A stretch of 64,000 nucleotides of DNA, from positions 5,834-69,833 of the forward strand of contig JAUWMZ010000002.1 of the NCBI GenBank assembly GCA_030612885.1, read 5' to 3'. Positions 44,954 to 55,325 of the stretch are shown piece by piece. Every line of letters begins with the position of its first letter. The stretch's first letter is position 1. The translations under genes and the position numbers were made by a program. The stretch is from Candidatus Nealsonbacteria bacterium. GTDB taxonomy: Bacteria; Patescibacteriota; Minisyncoccia; Minisyncoccales; JAGMDC01. The notes under the pieces are model-generated. The model was given only the letters and a program-made list of their open reading frames with translations, was not told the origin of the DNA and ran no database searches.

Positions 44954-45865
44954 ATGAAAATTTTAGTTACTGGTGGGGCTGGTTTTATCGGTTCCCATCT
45001 GGTAGATAGATTAATAGAAGAAGAGTATAAAGTAGTTGTTATTGATAATTTATCTACTGGTAAAAAAGAAAACTTAAATCCAAAAGCGGATTTTTATAAT
45101 CTTGATATCTGCGATTTTGAAAAGATTAAACCTATTTTTCAAGATATTGATTATGTTTTTCATTTAGCTGCTATACCCAGAGTGCCAATTTCAGTTGAAG
45201 ATCCTGTTGGTACTTCAAAAGCAAATATCTTAGGTACGGTTAATGTTTTTAAAGCAGCAAGTGATAATAAAATAAAAAGAGTTGTTTTCGCTTCTTCATC
45301 TTCTGTCTACGGAAATCAGAAAGAACTGCCTTTAAGAGAAACAATGATGCCAGGGCCAATTAGTCCTTATGCTTTGCAGAAACTGGTTGGTGAACAGTTT
45401 GCTAACTTGTTTACTCAACTTTACAATACTCCAATTATTTCTTTAAGATACTTTAATGTTTTTGGGCCAAGAACTGACCTTGATTCTGATTACAGTTTAG
45501 TGATAGGGAAATTTCTCAAACAAAAAAGCCAAAATAAACCTCTTACAATTTTTGGTGATGGAGAACAGACAAGAGGGTTTTGTTATGTTGATGATGTGGT
45601 AGAAGCTGATATTAAAGCAATGAAGAAAGAAAAATTAAAAGGAGGGGAAGTAATTAATATTGGAAGTGAAAAATCTTTTTCTGTAAATTTTTTAGCTAAG
45701 TTGATTGAAGGCCAGATTCAATATTTACCTCCCAGACCAGGTGATGTTTTACACACAAAAGCTGATATTACTTTAGCAAAAAATCTTCTTAATTGGGAAC
45801 CGAAAACAAGTTTTGAAGAAGGAATTAAAAAAACCAAAGAATGGTTTGAAAATTACAAAAATTAA
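44954..45865 (+). CDS. NAD-dependent epimerase/dehydratase (UDP-glucose 4-epimerase-like SDR)
   Basis: GGAGFIGSHL Rossmann motif and the catalytic Y-x3-K (YALQK). Confidence 0.75.
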   Translation: MKILVTGGAGFIGSHLVDRLIEEEYKVVVIDNLSTGKKENLNPKADFYNLDICDFEKIKPIFQDIDYVFHLAAIPRVPISVEDPVGTSKANILGTVNVFKAASDNKIKRVVFASSSSVYGNQKELPLRETMMPGPISPYALQKLVGEQFANLFTQLYNTPIISLRYFNVFGPRTDLDSDYSLVIGKFLKQKSQNKPLTIFGDGEQTRGFCYVDDVVEADIKAMKKEKLKGGEVINIGSEKSFSVNFLAKLIEGQIQYLPPRPGDVLHTKADITLAKNLLNWEPKTSFEEGIKKTKEWFENYKN

Positions 45866-45878
45866 TTTAATCAAAAAT

Positions 45879-46712
45879 ATGCAAGAAAAATCTTTAAAAG
45901 ATTTAAAAATTGGTATCTGCGGTGTGGGCATGGTTGGAGGAGCGCTAAAAAATTACTTTGAAAAAATAGGCAGAAAACCTTTACTTTATGATAATAGTAA
46001 AGAGCTTGGTTCTATTGAAGAACTAAATCAGGCAGATATTATTTTCATTTGTGTTCCCACTCCTTATGGCAAAGAAAAAGGTTTTGATTTGTCATTTATT
46101 GAAAATGCTTGTCAGAATATTTCCGGTCAAAAAATTATAATTATTAAATCAACTGTTTTGCCTGGTACGACAGAGAAACTTCAAGAAAAACATCCCCAGC
46201 ATAAATTTTTATTTAATCCTGAGTTTTTAACCGAAATTACAGCTGACCAAGATATGAGTTATCCAGATAGACAAATTATTGGTTACACAAAAGAAAGCTA
46301 TAATATTGCTGGAGATGTTTTACAGCTTTTACCTTTAGCTCCTTTTGAGAAAATAATGCCTGCTACTGAATCTGAACTAGTCAAATATTTTGGTAATACC
46401 TGGTTTTCAACCAAAGTTGTATTTGCTAATCAAATATATGATTTATGCCAAAGATTAGGAGTTAATTATGAAAGGATAATGGAATCTGCTGCTGCTGACA
46501 AAAGAATTGGCAAAAGCCATCTTGAAGTAATACACAAGGGTTATCGGGGATATGGCGGTAAGTGCTTAAATAAAGACATTAGAGCTTTAATCCAATTTGC
46601 CGATGAGCAAGGGATTGATTTAAAACTACACAAAATAGTTGAAGAAATTAACAATAAGTTAATGAAAGAACAGAATATTGAAGATCCAGAAAAATTCTCT
46701 CAAAGAAATTAA
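45879..46712 (+). CDS. UDP-glucose/GDP-mannose dehydrogenase-family protein (short form)
   Basis: GICGVGMVGGAL NAD-binding N-terminus and the LFNPEFLTE motif. Confidence 0.55.
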   Translation: MQEKSLKDLKIGICGVGMVGGALKNYFEKIGRKPLLYDNSKELGSIEELNQADIIFICVPTPYGKEKGFDLSFIENACQNISGQKIIIIKSTVLPGTTEKLQEKHPQHKFLFNPEFLTEITADQDMSYPDRQIIGYTKESYNIAGDVLQLLPLAPFEKIMPATESELVKYFGNTWFSTKVVFANQIYDLCQRLGVNYERIMESAAADKRIGKSHLEVIHKGYRGYGGKCLNKDIRALIQFADEQGIDLKLHKIVEEINNKLMKEQNIEDPEKFSQRN

Positions 46713-46722
46713 CTGTATTATT

Positions 46723-47817
46723 ATGAAATTAGCTTTATTTTTTACAAGAGGGGTTTCTTTGAAAATTTGGGATGAGGTTGGCAGCCTAAATAGAGAAATT
46801 AAACCTTATCAAAGATTGGCAAAATATTTTGATGAAATATTTTTTTTAACTTACGGCAATAAAGATGACTTTGAATATCAGAATTTTCTTCCAGGAAATG
46901 TAAAAGTTTTGCCGAATGAGTGGAGAATACCATCCTTAATCTATAGTTTTTTATTACCGTTTTTATATAGAAAGGAATTAAAAAAAGCTGATATTTTTAA
47001 AACTAATCAGATGCATGGTTCTTGGGCAGCAGTAATAGCAAAATTCTTTTTCCAGAAAAAATTAGTGGTTCGTCAAGGATATCAATGGTCAACATTTGCA
47101 CAGAAAGAAGGAGTTAAACAATGGAAAATGCCAATAATTCGATTTTTAGAAAAATTGGCTTATAGAAAAGCTAATGTAATTATTGTCACTTCAGAAGGAG
47201 ATAAAAAATATATAGAAGAAAAATACAATATTTCATCAGAAAGAATAAAATACATTCCAAATTATATTGATACAGAGTTGTTTAGGCCGTTAAACATTCT
47301 GATAGAAAACAGAATTTGTTTTGTTGGGAGGTTAGAAGAACAGAAAAATTTATTTAATTTAATTGAGGCGAGTTCAAGTTTAGGCATAAAACTAGTGTTT
47401 TTTGGAAATGGTTCTTTGAAAAAAAAATTAGAAAATTTCGCCAAAGAATTAAAAGCAGATGTTGAATTTAAAGGGAATATTCCTAATAAAAATTTACCCA
47501 AAGAATTAAATAAAAGCAAATTATTTATACTGCCTTCTTTATACGAAGGTTGTCCAAAAGTATTATTGGAAGCTATGTCTTGCGGATTACCTGTAATTGG
47601 AACAAATGTTGATGGTATAAAGGAAATAATTAAACATCAGGAAAATGGTTATTTATGCAATACAGATGCCGATTCAATTAAAAAAGCAATTTTAGAGATT
47701 TTAGAAAATAAAATTTTACAAAAAGAAATCAGTCAAAATGCCAAAAAGACAATTATAGAAAAATTTAGTTTAGAAAAAATTCTGGAGAAAGAATTAAATT
47801 TATATAAAAAATTATGA
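46723..47817 (+). CDS. Glycosyltransferase family 4
   Basis: EGCPKVLLEAMSCGLPVIGT (E-x7-E GT4 motif). Confidence 0.75.
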   Translation: MKLALFFTRGVSLKIWDEVGSLNREIKPYQRLAKYFDEIFFLTYGNKDDFEYQNFLPGNVKVLPNEWRIPSLIYSFLLPFLYRKELKKADIFKTNQMHGSWAAVIAKFFFQKKLVVRQGYQWSTFAQKEGVKQWKMPIIRFLEKLAYRKANVIIVTSEGDKKYIEEKYNISSERIKYIPNYIDTELFRPLNILIENRICFVGRLEEQKNLFNLIEASSSLGIKLVFFGNGSLKKKLENFAKELKADVEFKGNIPNKNLPKELNKSKLFILPSLYEGCPKVLLEAMSCGLPVIGTNVDGIKEIIKHQENGYLCNTDADSIKKAILEILENKILQKEISQNAKKTIIEKFSLEKILEKELNLYKKL

Positions 47818-48750
47818 CATTTCCAAACAAAACTTTCCAAAACAAAATAAAATGGAGATTACAATATCTATTTAAATTATTAAAAACTTTATTAAAAGAG
47901 CCGAAAGGACATTTTTGGACATTACCTTTCTTTTTTAGCGATTTACTTCCTTCAGTATCTCCTTTAAGAAACAAAATCCATCAGAGATATATTAAATCAT
48001 TTATCTATACCTATAAATAAAAAAAACGAGATATATAATTTAGATTCTGATGAAGAAATATTAGATTTAAAACTTTTTAAGATTATAGCTAAAAAATCTC
48101 ACTATAAAGCAATTATTCGGCAATTTTTTGATTTAATATATCCTTATTTAGTAAAAAATCCTTTTATAATACGAGAAGGGCCCTATGAAAAAAATGGAGT
48201 AAAACTAAAGCCAGGGGATGTAGTAATAGATGCCGGCGCTTATTTGGGCATTTTTTCTATATTTGCTTCAAAAAAGATAGGACCAAAAGGGAAAGTTTAT
48301 GCTTTTGAACCAATTTCTGAAAACTATCAATTATTAAAAAAAACCATAAAACTGAATAAAGCTAAAAATATTGAACTAATTCCTTATGCTTTAGCTAAAA
48401 AAGAAGGATTACTCCCAATGGCGATAGAAGATGGGTCTTTTAATGCAAGTAGTGGATTTTTTAAAAAGGGTAATAAAAAGAGAATTGTAAAACAAATATC
48501 TTTAGATGAGTTTGCAACACAAAGAAAAATTTCAAAGATAGATTTTATAAAAGCAGATATAGAGGGGATGGAAAGAGAACTTCTTTCCGGCGCCCAAAAA
48601 ACAATTAAAAAATTTAAACCACGTTTGTCTGTCTGTACATATCACAGGCCAGACGATACAAAGATTATAAAAAAATTTGTTCAAAATTTTGTACCTCAAT
48701 ATAAAATTATTCAAACAGAAATGAAGCTATATGCCTGGAATACAAAATAA
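47814..48750 (+). pseudogene. FkbM-family methyltransferase apparently split by a +1 frameshift (47814..48020 in frame 0, continuing 47968..48750 in frame 1)
   Basis: The downstream frame encodes VVIDAGAYLGIFS ... VYAFEPISENYQLLKKTIKLNKAKN (FkbM motifs) and stays open back to 47968 with no ATG/GTG/TTG start. The upstream 68-codon ORF begins with ATGA coupling to the GT4 stop and ends in an A8 run. This may be a genuine frameshift or a sequencing error. Confidence 0.4.
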
Positions 48751-49543
48751 TATAAAAATCATTGCTATTTGCTTGATTAAAAACGAAGATTTATACATAG
48801 AAAGAGTCCTAAAGAATATTATTAATTTCTGTGATGAAATAATTGTTTTGGATAATATGTCATTAGATAATACCTTTGAAATAGTAAGAAAATTAGCCAA
48901 GAAATATAAAAAAATAAAATTATTTAAAATAAAAAATGCATTTAAATCACATAAATTTATTGAAAAATACGCCAACACAAACACCTGGGTATTTGTAGTT
49001 GATGGTGATGAAATTTATGACCCTGTTGGTTTAAGCCGATTAAGGAGAGAAATTTTTTCGGGAAAGCATCAAACAAAATGGCGAATAGTGGCTAATGGTT
49101 TACACTGTGAAGAGATAGATTTAAAATCCAAAATAGCTAAAGGTTATTTAGCGCCGCCATCGCGAGTAATGAAAAACCTTTTTAATTTTTCTATATTGGA
49201 ATCATGGAACGAGAATTATTCACAACGGCTTCATGGAATAAATTTAATTTTCAAAGAAGGATTTGATAAATCACTAAACTATAGAATTTGCGACAAATAT
49301 AATTGGGATAACTCTTATTTTAGGGCTTTACATTTATGTTTTGTAAATAGAACTAGTTTAGCTAAAAAATACAGAAATATTATAAGATTAAGCCCTGAAG
49401 AGGAATCTCGTGTATTTCCTTTAGCCAGAAATTTTATTTCCAATTTATTAAAAGGAAGAGTAACTTTTGCCAGTGCTTATAAGTTAAGAAAATACAGACA
49501 AGGCGAATTAGTGACCAAAGATATTCAGTCTTTTTTCCTTTAA
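48731..49543 (+). CDS. Glycosyltransferase family 2-like
   Basis: AICLIKNEDLYIERVLKNI ... IIVLDNMSLDNT ... VVDGDE (DxD). Confidence 0.6.
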   Translation: MPGIQNNIKIIAICLIKNEDLYIERVLKNIINFCDEIIVLDNMSLDNTFEIVRKLAKKYKKIKLFKIKNAFKSHKFIEKYANTNTWVFVVDGDEIYDPVGLSRLRREIFSGKHQTKWRIVANGLHCEEIDLKSKIAKGYLAPPSRVMKNLFNFSILESWNENYSQRLHGINLIFKEGFDKSLNYRICDKYNWDNSYFRALHLCFVNRTSLAKKYRNIIRLSPEEESRVFPLARNFISNLLKGRVTFASAYKLRKYRQGELVTKDIQSFFL

Positions 49544-49557
49544 AATTTTAGAAAAAC

Positions 49558-50799
49558 ATGGACCCTCTAAACAAATTTGTAGATAAGTTGCAAAAATATT
49601 TCCAGCTGGATATCAGATATTACATAAAAAATACTATTCATTTAGTTGTGTCTAGGGGAGTTGTCCTGGGTTGTGCCCTTATTCTTTCCATTCTCTTTGC
49701 CAGGTTTTTGTCCGAAGAGATATACGGACAATATAACTTTATCCTTGCTATATTAGGTATTCTATCTATTTTTACCTTGAATGGGATGGCTATTGCTATT
49801 ACGCAGGCAGTTGCCAATAAACATGATGGAGTTTTAATTACAGGTATAAAAGAGAAATTCAAGTGGAGTATTTTGGGCAGTATTGCAGCGTTGGGAGTGG
49901 GAATTTACTATTTTTTAAGCGGTTCTTTTTTATTGGGAAAATGCTTTATGATTTCCTCGCTATTTCTTCCCTTTGCTTATAATTTTCAAATTTATAGCGC
50001 TTTTCTTGCCGGTAAAAAGCAATTTAATAAAGCAGCTAAATATAGAAACATTACTGCGGTTCTTTCTTTACTAATGGTAGGCCTGGTAATTTACTTTTCA
50101 GGGAATTTAATACACATAGTTATTACGTTTTTATTTGCAAGCTTTTTACTTGAAGGATATTTTTTCAGATTGACCTTAAAAGAGATGAAAAGTCAAGACA
50201 AGGACCAGGACGCAATATCTTTTGGAAAACATTTATCGCTAATGAATAGTGTCAGCGTCATTGCGAATCAGGCCGATAAGATAATTGTAGGTATACTGCT
50301 TGGATTTCCTGATTTAGCCATTTATTCAATTGCTTCAGCAATTCCTAAAAATATAAGCACTACAGTAACTCCTATTTCTCGTGTGAGTTTTCCAAAGCTC
50401 TCGGTAATGAGTAAAAAGGATGCCTATTCAGCAGTTAAGAAAAAATACTTTTATTTAGTAATTCTCGCTGTTGTTATTTCAGTAATTATGGTTTTACTTT
50501 GTCCTTATTTTATTCCTTTACTCTACTCACAGAAATACTTGAGTTCTGTTCCTTATGCACAAATTTTATTTATAGGACTGATTTTTGTAATACCCACCCA
50601 GATACTTGGAAAAGCTCTATTTCCCTCGCAGAGAGAAATAGGTAAACTATATAGGTTTAGGATAGTGTATTCTGTTGTAGAACTAATACTTCTTTTTGTT
50701 CTTGCGCTGAAATTTGGACTTTTGGGTGTGGTTTTAGCGAGGTTATTGGGAGACATATTTGCAATGTTTTACTCTTTAAAGTTGACTGCCTGGATATAG
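49558..50799 (+). CDS. Wzx-like polysaccharide flippase (MOP superfamily)
   Basis: About 12 TM helices in a typical PST-family layout. Confidence 0.6.
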   Translation: MDPLNKFVDKLQKYFQLDIRYYIKNTIHLVVSRGVVLGCALILSILFARFLSEEIYGQYNFILAILGILSIFTLNGMAIAITQAVANKHDGVLITGIKEKFKWSILGSIAALGVGIYYFLSGSFLLGKCFMISSLFLPFAYNFQIYSAFLAGKKQFNKAAKYRNITAVLSLLMVGLVIYFSGNLIHIVITFLFASFLLEGYFFRLTLKEMKSQDKDQDAISFGKHLSLMNSVSVIANQADKIIVGILLGFPDLAIYSIASAIPKNISTTVTPISRVSFPKLSVMSKKDAYSAVKKKYFYLVILAVVISVIMVLLCPYFIPLLYSQKYLSSVPYAQILFIGLIFVIPTQILGKALFPSQREIGKLYRFRIVYSVVELILLFVLALKFGLLGVVLARLLGDIFAMFYSLKLTAWI

Positions 50800-50825
50800 A
50801 TTTTTTATATATTAAATGATTAAAA

Positions 50826-51764
50826 ATGAGGATTCTTAAATTTATAAAGAATTATAAATATATTTTCTCTTATAGCCAAACAAGTAAATTAGAAATTTTT
50901 CTTAATATTATTCAATTATTATTTTATAAATTAATTAATAAACGGTTTGTAGTGAAGGAAATTTACAAAAATAAAATGATTTTAAATTTAGATACACCAG
51001 GAATATCCAAAACCCTATTTTTATATGGAAAAAGAGAAATATTAGACACGGATATAATAATAAATGAAATCAAAAATAATATGAATGTTTTGGATATCGG
51101 TGCTAATATTGGTTTTTATGTTCTTTTAGAATCTTCTTTATTAGGTGATGGAAAAGTCTATGCGTTTGAACCTGATCCACGCAATATAAAGATATTGGAA
51201 AGGAACATAAGGCTAAATAATTTTTCTGATAAAGTTAAATTATATCCATATGCTATTGCTGAGAAGAATTGTATTAAGAAATTTAATTTATACAGAGAAA
51301 CAAATTTGAATAGTTTTATAAAAAGAAAAGAGCAAGGTACTTCTATTGATGTAAAATGCATAAAATTAGATGATTTTTCTGAAATAGATAAAATTGCTTT
51401 TATCAGAATGGATATAGAGGGATATGAATGTTTAGCCATTGATGGTATGATTGATTTCTTAACACGGAAAGAAAGTTTAAAATTACAAATAGAAGTTCAT
51501 CCTCGTTATTACGATAATAAAGAGTTTGATTTTAATAGAAGATTAAAATTATTAGAAAACTTTGGTTTTTATGTTAAATATTTGGTTTCAGCCGGTGTAG
51601 CAGAACCAGAACAGATTATAAATCTAGGATACAAGCCGATTAAAACTGCCAGAGAAGGGAAATTGACACATGGATTATATGAAAATGTAAAGATAGATGA
51701 TTTAATGAATTTTTTGAAAAGCGATATAAAAATAGTTAGATCAATACTTTTAGAAAAAAAATAA
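50826..51764 (+). CDS. FkbM-family methyltransferase
   Basis: VLDIGANIGFYVL ... KVYAFEPDPRNIKILERNIRLNN. Confidence 0.7.
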   Translation: MRILKFIKNYKYIFSYSQTSKLEIFLNIIQLLFYKLINKRFVVKEIYKNKMILNLDTPGISKTLFLYGKREILDTDIIINEIKNNMNVLDIGANIGFYVLLESSLLGDGKVYAFEPDPRNIKILERNIRLNNFSDKVKLYPYAIAEKNCIKKFNLYRETNLNSFIKRKEQGTSIDVKCIKLDDFSEIDKIAFIRMDIEGYECLAIDGMIDFLTRKESLKLQIEVHPRYYDNKEFDFNRRLKLLENFGFYVKYLVSAGVAEPEQIINLGYKPIKTAREGKLTHGLYENVKIDDLMNFLKSDIKIVRSILLEKK

Positions 51765-51773
51765 AATAAGGCA

Positions 51774-52739
51774 ATGAAAATTTTATATATAACACATGAA
51801 TATGGTAACAGATGGATTAAATACGCAACTTTTTTAAGACAGTTAGGACACAAAGTTGATTTAATAACATTGAAAGATAAACGAAGCCCTGATCAGGTAA
51901 CAGCAAAGCAATATTCTTCAAAATATGATATAGTATGGGTTTTTGCTGCTGATTATATTTGGTATAAAGTATTATCCGATGACTTTATAGATGCAGTCAA
52001 AAATGGTCAACCTGTCTTTATCGGCTATTGCACCTTATCAACAAAAATCCCTTTTAAAGATTGGGTTAATAGCTATAAAGTTTTTGATACTTGTTTTTTA
52101 CATAGTAAGTTAGTCACAGATATGGCTAAAGCTGCTGGATTAACTAATGTACATTATATGCCGTATGGTTTTGATATAGATGAATATTATAAAATCAATA
52201 TAAAAAAGAAATACAATGTTAGTTTTGTAGGATCAGCTCAAACTAATAAATCACCGGAGGATGATATTAGAGCGCAAATTATAAATGCACTTAAGGGGTT
52301 TGGTATAAGGGTTTTTGGTAAGAGTTTAAAAGGTAGAATAGATAAATCAATAAAAGTATCATCAATTAGCACGCATAGAGAAATGAATAAAGTGTATAAT
52401 CAATCAAAAATAAATCTAAATATACCTTTAATAAATTCCCTTCTTCCGGAATTTATAAATAAATACCACCCCAAAAATAGATTTTATGAAATACCAGGGT
52501 CGGGTAATTTTATGATTAGCGGGTATGCCGATGAATTCAACGAACAGTTCAATAACAATATCCATTGTGGTTATTATAATAATATTGACGATCTCTGTTC
52601 TAAGGTGGAATATTATTTGACCCACGAAAAAGAAAGAAGAGATATGTCCCTTGCCGGATATAATCACGCTCTTAAATATCATCAAACAATATTTAGATTT
52701 AGAGATATGATAAATATTATAAAAGAGAAGTATTTATGA
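51774..52739 (+). CDS. CgeB-like glycosyltransferase (DUF3880/Glyco_trans_1_2)
   Basis: The C-terminal RFYEIPGSGNFMISGY ... YYLTHEKERRDMSLAGYNHALKYHQTIFRFRDM matches the CgeB-family pattern. Confidence 0.5.
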   Translation: MKILYITHEYGNRWIKYATFLRQLGHKVDLITLKDKRSPDQVTAKQYSSKYDIVWVFAADYIWYKVLSDDFIDAVKNGQPVFIGYCTLSTKIPFKDWVNSYKVFDTCFLHSKLVTDMAKAAGLTNVHYMPYGFDIDEYYKINIKKKYNVSFVGSAQTNKSPEDDIRAQIINALKGFGIRVFGKSLKGRIDKSIKVSSISTHREMNKVYNQSKINLNIPLINSLLPEFINKYHPKNRFYEIPGSGNFMISGYADEFNEQFNNNIHCGYYNNIDDLCSKVEYYLTHEKERRDMSLAGYNHALKYHQTIFRFRDMINIIKEKYL

Positions 52740-53806
52740 TAGTTTTATGTTTAGGAACAAGACCCGAAATTATAAAGATGTCTCCCATTATAAGGGCATT
52801 AATGGAGAAGGGTTTAGATTACTTTGTTATCCATACAGGTCAACATTACTCTTACAATTTAGATAAAATTTTCTTTCACGAATTAGAGATTTCGACACCA
52901 AAATATAACCTAAATGTAGGTTCAGGTTCTCACGCAGAGCAAATAGGGAGAATGTTAATTAGTATAGAAAGGGTTTTGAAAGAAGAAAAGCCGGATATAG
53001 TATTGGCAGGATGGGATACAAATACTGGTTTAGCTAGCACTTTGGCGGCTTCCAAGCTACATATGAAAATTGGTCGTATTGAAGCCGGCTTAAGGAGCTA
53101 TGATAGACGAATGCCCGAAGAAATTAACAGGGTTTTAGCCGATCATATCTCAGATTATCTATTTGCACCAACAAAAGGAGCAAAGAATAATTTGCTAAAA
53201 GAGGGAATAGAGAAAAATAAAATCTTTGTTACCGGAAATACTATTGTAGATGCAGTATTCCAGAACTTAGAAATTGCAAGAAGAAAAGTGAATACCTTAA
53301 ACAAGTTAAATTTAAACCCTAATGCATATTTTCTAGCAACTGCTCATAGAGAGGAAAATACTGATAATAAAGAAAGACTAAAAGGTATTTTAGACGGCCT
53401 GAAATTAGTCCATTATGAGTTCAATCTACCGATTATATATCCAATTCATCCGAGGACAAAGAAAAAAATAAATAAATTTGGGTTAGAAATCCCAAAAGGA
53501 ATAAAGTTAATTGAACCTCTTGGATTTTTGGAATTTTTACATTTAGAAGCCAATGCCAAACTTATATTAACAGATTCCGGAGGCCTTCAAGAAGAGACTT
53601 GCATATTAAATGTGCCTTGTGTGACTTTAAGGAATAACACAGAGAGACCCGAAACAATTAAAGTTGGATCGAATATTTTAGCCGGAACCGATCCCCATAA
53701 AATCAGAGCGGCAGCGAAAAAAAGTTTGGCAGCACCAGCTAATTGGACAAATCCTTTTGGTGAAGGTAATGCCGCAGAAAAAATAATAGACATTCTTATA
53801 AAATAA
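52736..53806 (+). CDS. wecB: UDP-N-acetylglucosamine 2-epimerase (non-hydrolysing)
   Basis: LGTRPEIIKMSPII, HTGQHY, IEAGLRSYDRRMPEEINR and DSGGLQEE. Confidence 0.85.
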   Translation: MIVLCLGTRPEIIKMSPIIRALMEKGLDYFVIHTGQHYSYNLDKIFFHELEISTPKYNLNVGSGSHAEQIGRMLISIERVLKEEKPDIVLAGWDTNTGLASTLAASKLHMKIGRIEAGLRSYDRRMPEEINRVLADHISDYLFAPTKGAKNNLLKEGIEKNKIFVTGNTIVDAVFQNLEIARRKVNTLNKLNLNPNAYFLATAHREENTDNKERLKGILDGLKLVHYEFNLPIIYPIHPRTKKKINKFGLEIPKGIKLIEPLGFLEFLHLEANAKLILTDSGGLQEETCILNVPCVTLRNNTERPETIKVGSNILAGTDPHKIRAAAKKSLAAPANWTNPFGEGNAAEKIIDILIK

Positions 53807-53836
53807 TATAGAAAAAAAGAAAGTTATTAATCATTC

Positions 53837-54553
53837 ATGAGACCAAAAGATCGTGAAAATTGGAGATATTCTACCGGAAGCGATAATCCTATAGACATTG
53901 AGGAGAGAGTTATGTTTTCCCTTTTACCTAAATCGAATAAGGGTAAGTTGTTGGATATCGGCTGTGGGGTCGGCACAATTTCATTAGAACTTCAAAAGCA
54001 GGGTTTTGAAGTTTATGGAATTGATTTTTCCTCTGTAGCTATTGAAAAAATAAAGAAAATAGGTATCAATGCAATAGAATGCGATATTGATAAAGATGGG
54101 ATTCCATTTGAAGACAATTATTTTGATGTTGTTTGGGCAGGCGATGTTATTGAACATGTATTTGACCCTATATTTTTACTAAAAGAAATATCACGAGTAA
54201 TAAAACCAACAGGAAAAATATTATTAACTACACCTAACGACTTTAATTTAAAAAAAAGAATATCTATTTTTATCTCAGGCAGGTCGCCACAGTCTGATAT
54301 TTATAGAGAACTAGGTCAGTGCAAACATCACACTATGTTTAGTTTAGACTTGCTTGAATATATGTTGGAACAAGCGGGTTTAACTTTCTATTCCATACAT
54401 TCTATAATCAAGATACCAAAATTGAATAGAAAAAAGTATTGTAAGATTAAAACACTTGGAGCATTGTTCGGTTCAGTATTTATTGTGGAGGTCCATAACA
54501 AAGAATTATCTAATTTTAATTATGCCGCTAAAAATATATCGTCAAAAAGCTGA
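53837..54553 (+). CDS. Class I SAM-dependent methyltransferase
   Basis: LLDIGCGVGTISLEL (motif I) and DVVWAGDVIEHV. Confidence 0.7.
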   Translation: MRPKDRENWRYSTGSDNPIDIEERVMFSLLPKSNKGKLLDIGCGVGTISLELQKQGFEVYGIDFSSVAIEKIKKIGINAIECDIDKDGIPFEDNYFDVVWAGDVIEHVFDPIFLLKEISRVIKPTGKILLTTPNDFNLKKRISIFISGRSPQSDIYRELGQCKHHTMFSLDLLEYMLEQAGLTFYSIHSIIKIPKLNRKKYCKIKTLGALFGSVFIVEVHNKELSNFNYAAKNISSKS

Positions 54554-55325
54554 TTCCCCGAATTTTTGGGAGAAACATTGGGAAAAATTTTTAAAAGGAA
54601 ATTCCTTGAAAAATCATTACCAAAGTTCTGAAAATAGTCCTATCTTACAGGAGATTTTTGAGAGATATTTACCTAAAAGAGGAAAGATTCTTGAAGCCGG
54701 ATGTGGATTAGGAACATTGGTCTATTTATTAAGACAAAAAGGGTATAATGTTGAGGGAGTTGATTTTGCCAAAGAAACCATTAATTTTATAAAGTCGAAA
54801 TTTCCAGAGCTACCAGTAAAAATTGGTAATGTTTTTAATTTAGATTATCCTGATAATTCTTTTAAGGGTTATATTTCTTGGGGAGTGGTAGAGCATTTTG
54901 AAGAGGGACCAGAAAAAATTTTGAGAGAAATGGCAAGAATTTTAGACAAAAATGGAATAGTAATTTTAAGCGTTCCATATTTTAATCCTTTTAGAAAACT
55001 TAAAAAAATTTTCGGTTTTTATAGAAATCAAAAAGGAGATTTTTATGAGTACCTTTTTACCAGAGATGAAATTGTGAGATATATTAAGGAAGCTGGTTTT
55101 AGGATTATAAAAACCTATCCATATAATACTGTAAAAGGACTAAGAGACGAGGTTTTAGGTATGAAGCAATTACATGGATTTGTTATAGAACAAAAAAATA
55201 ATCCAGAAAAAGTTTTTAAAAAATCAAACAATTGTTCACAGTTTTTACTTAAAAAAATCATCAATAGTTTTCTAATGAGATTTTTATTCGCTCATATGGT
55301 TATAATTATTGCCAAGAAAATATGA
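54522..55325 (+). CDS. Class I SAM-dependent methyltransferase
   Basis: ILEAGCGLGTLVYLL and WGVVEHF. Start taken at the internal ATG at 54522 (ORF track 54456). Confidence 0.7.
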   Translation: MPLKIYRQKADSPNFWEKHWEKFLKGNSLKNHYQSSENSPILQEIFERYLPKRGKILEAGCGLGTLVYLLRQKGYNVEGVDFAKETINFIKSKFPELPVKIGNVFNLDYPDNSFKGYISWGVVEHFEEGPEKILREMARILDKNGIVILSVPYFNPFRKLKKIFGFYRNQKGDFYEYLFTRDEIVRYIKEAGFRIIKTYPYNTVKGLRDEVLGMKQLHGFVIEQKNNPEKVFKKSNNCSQFLLKKIINSFLMRFLFAHMVIIIAKKI

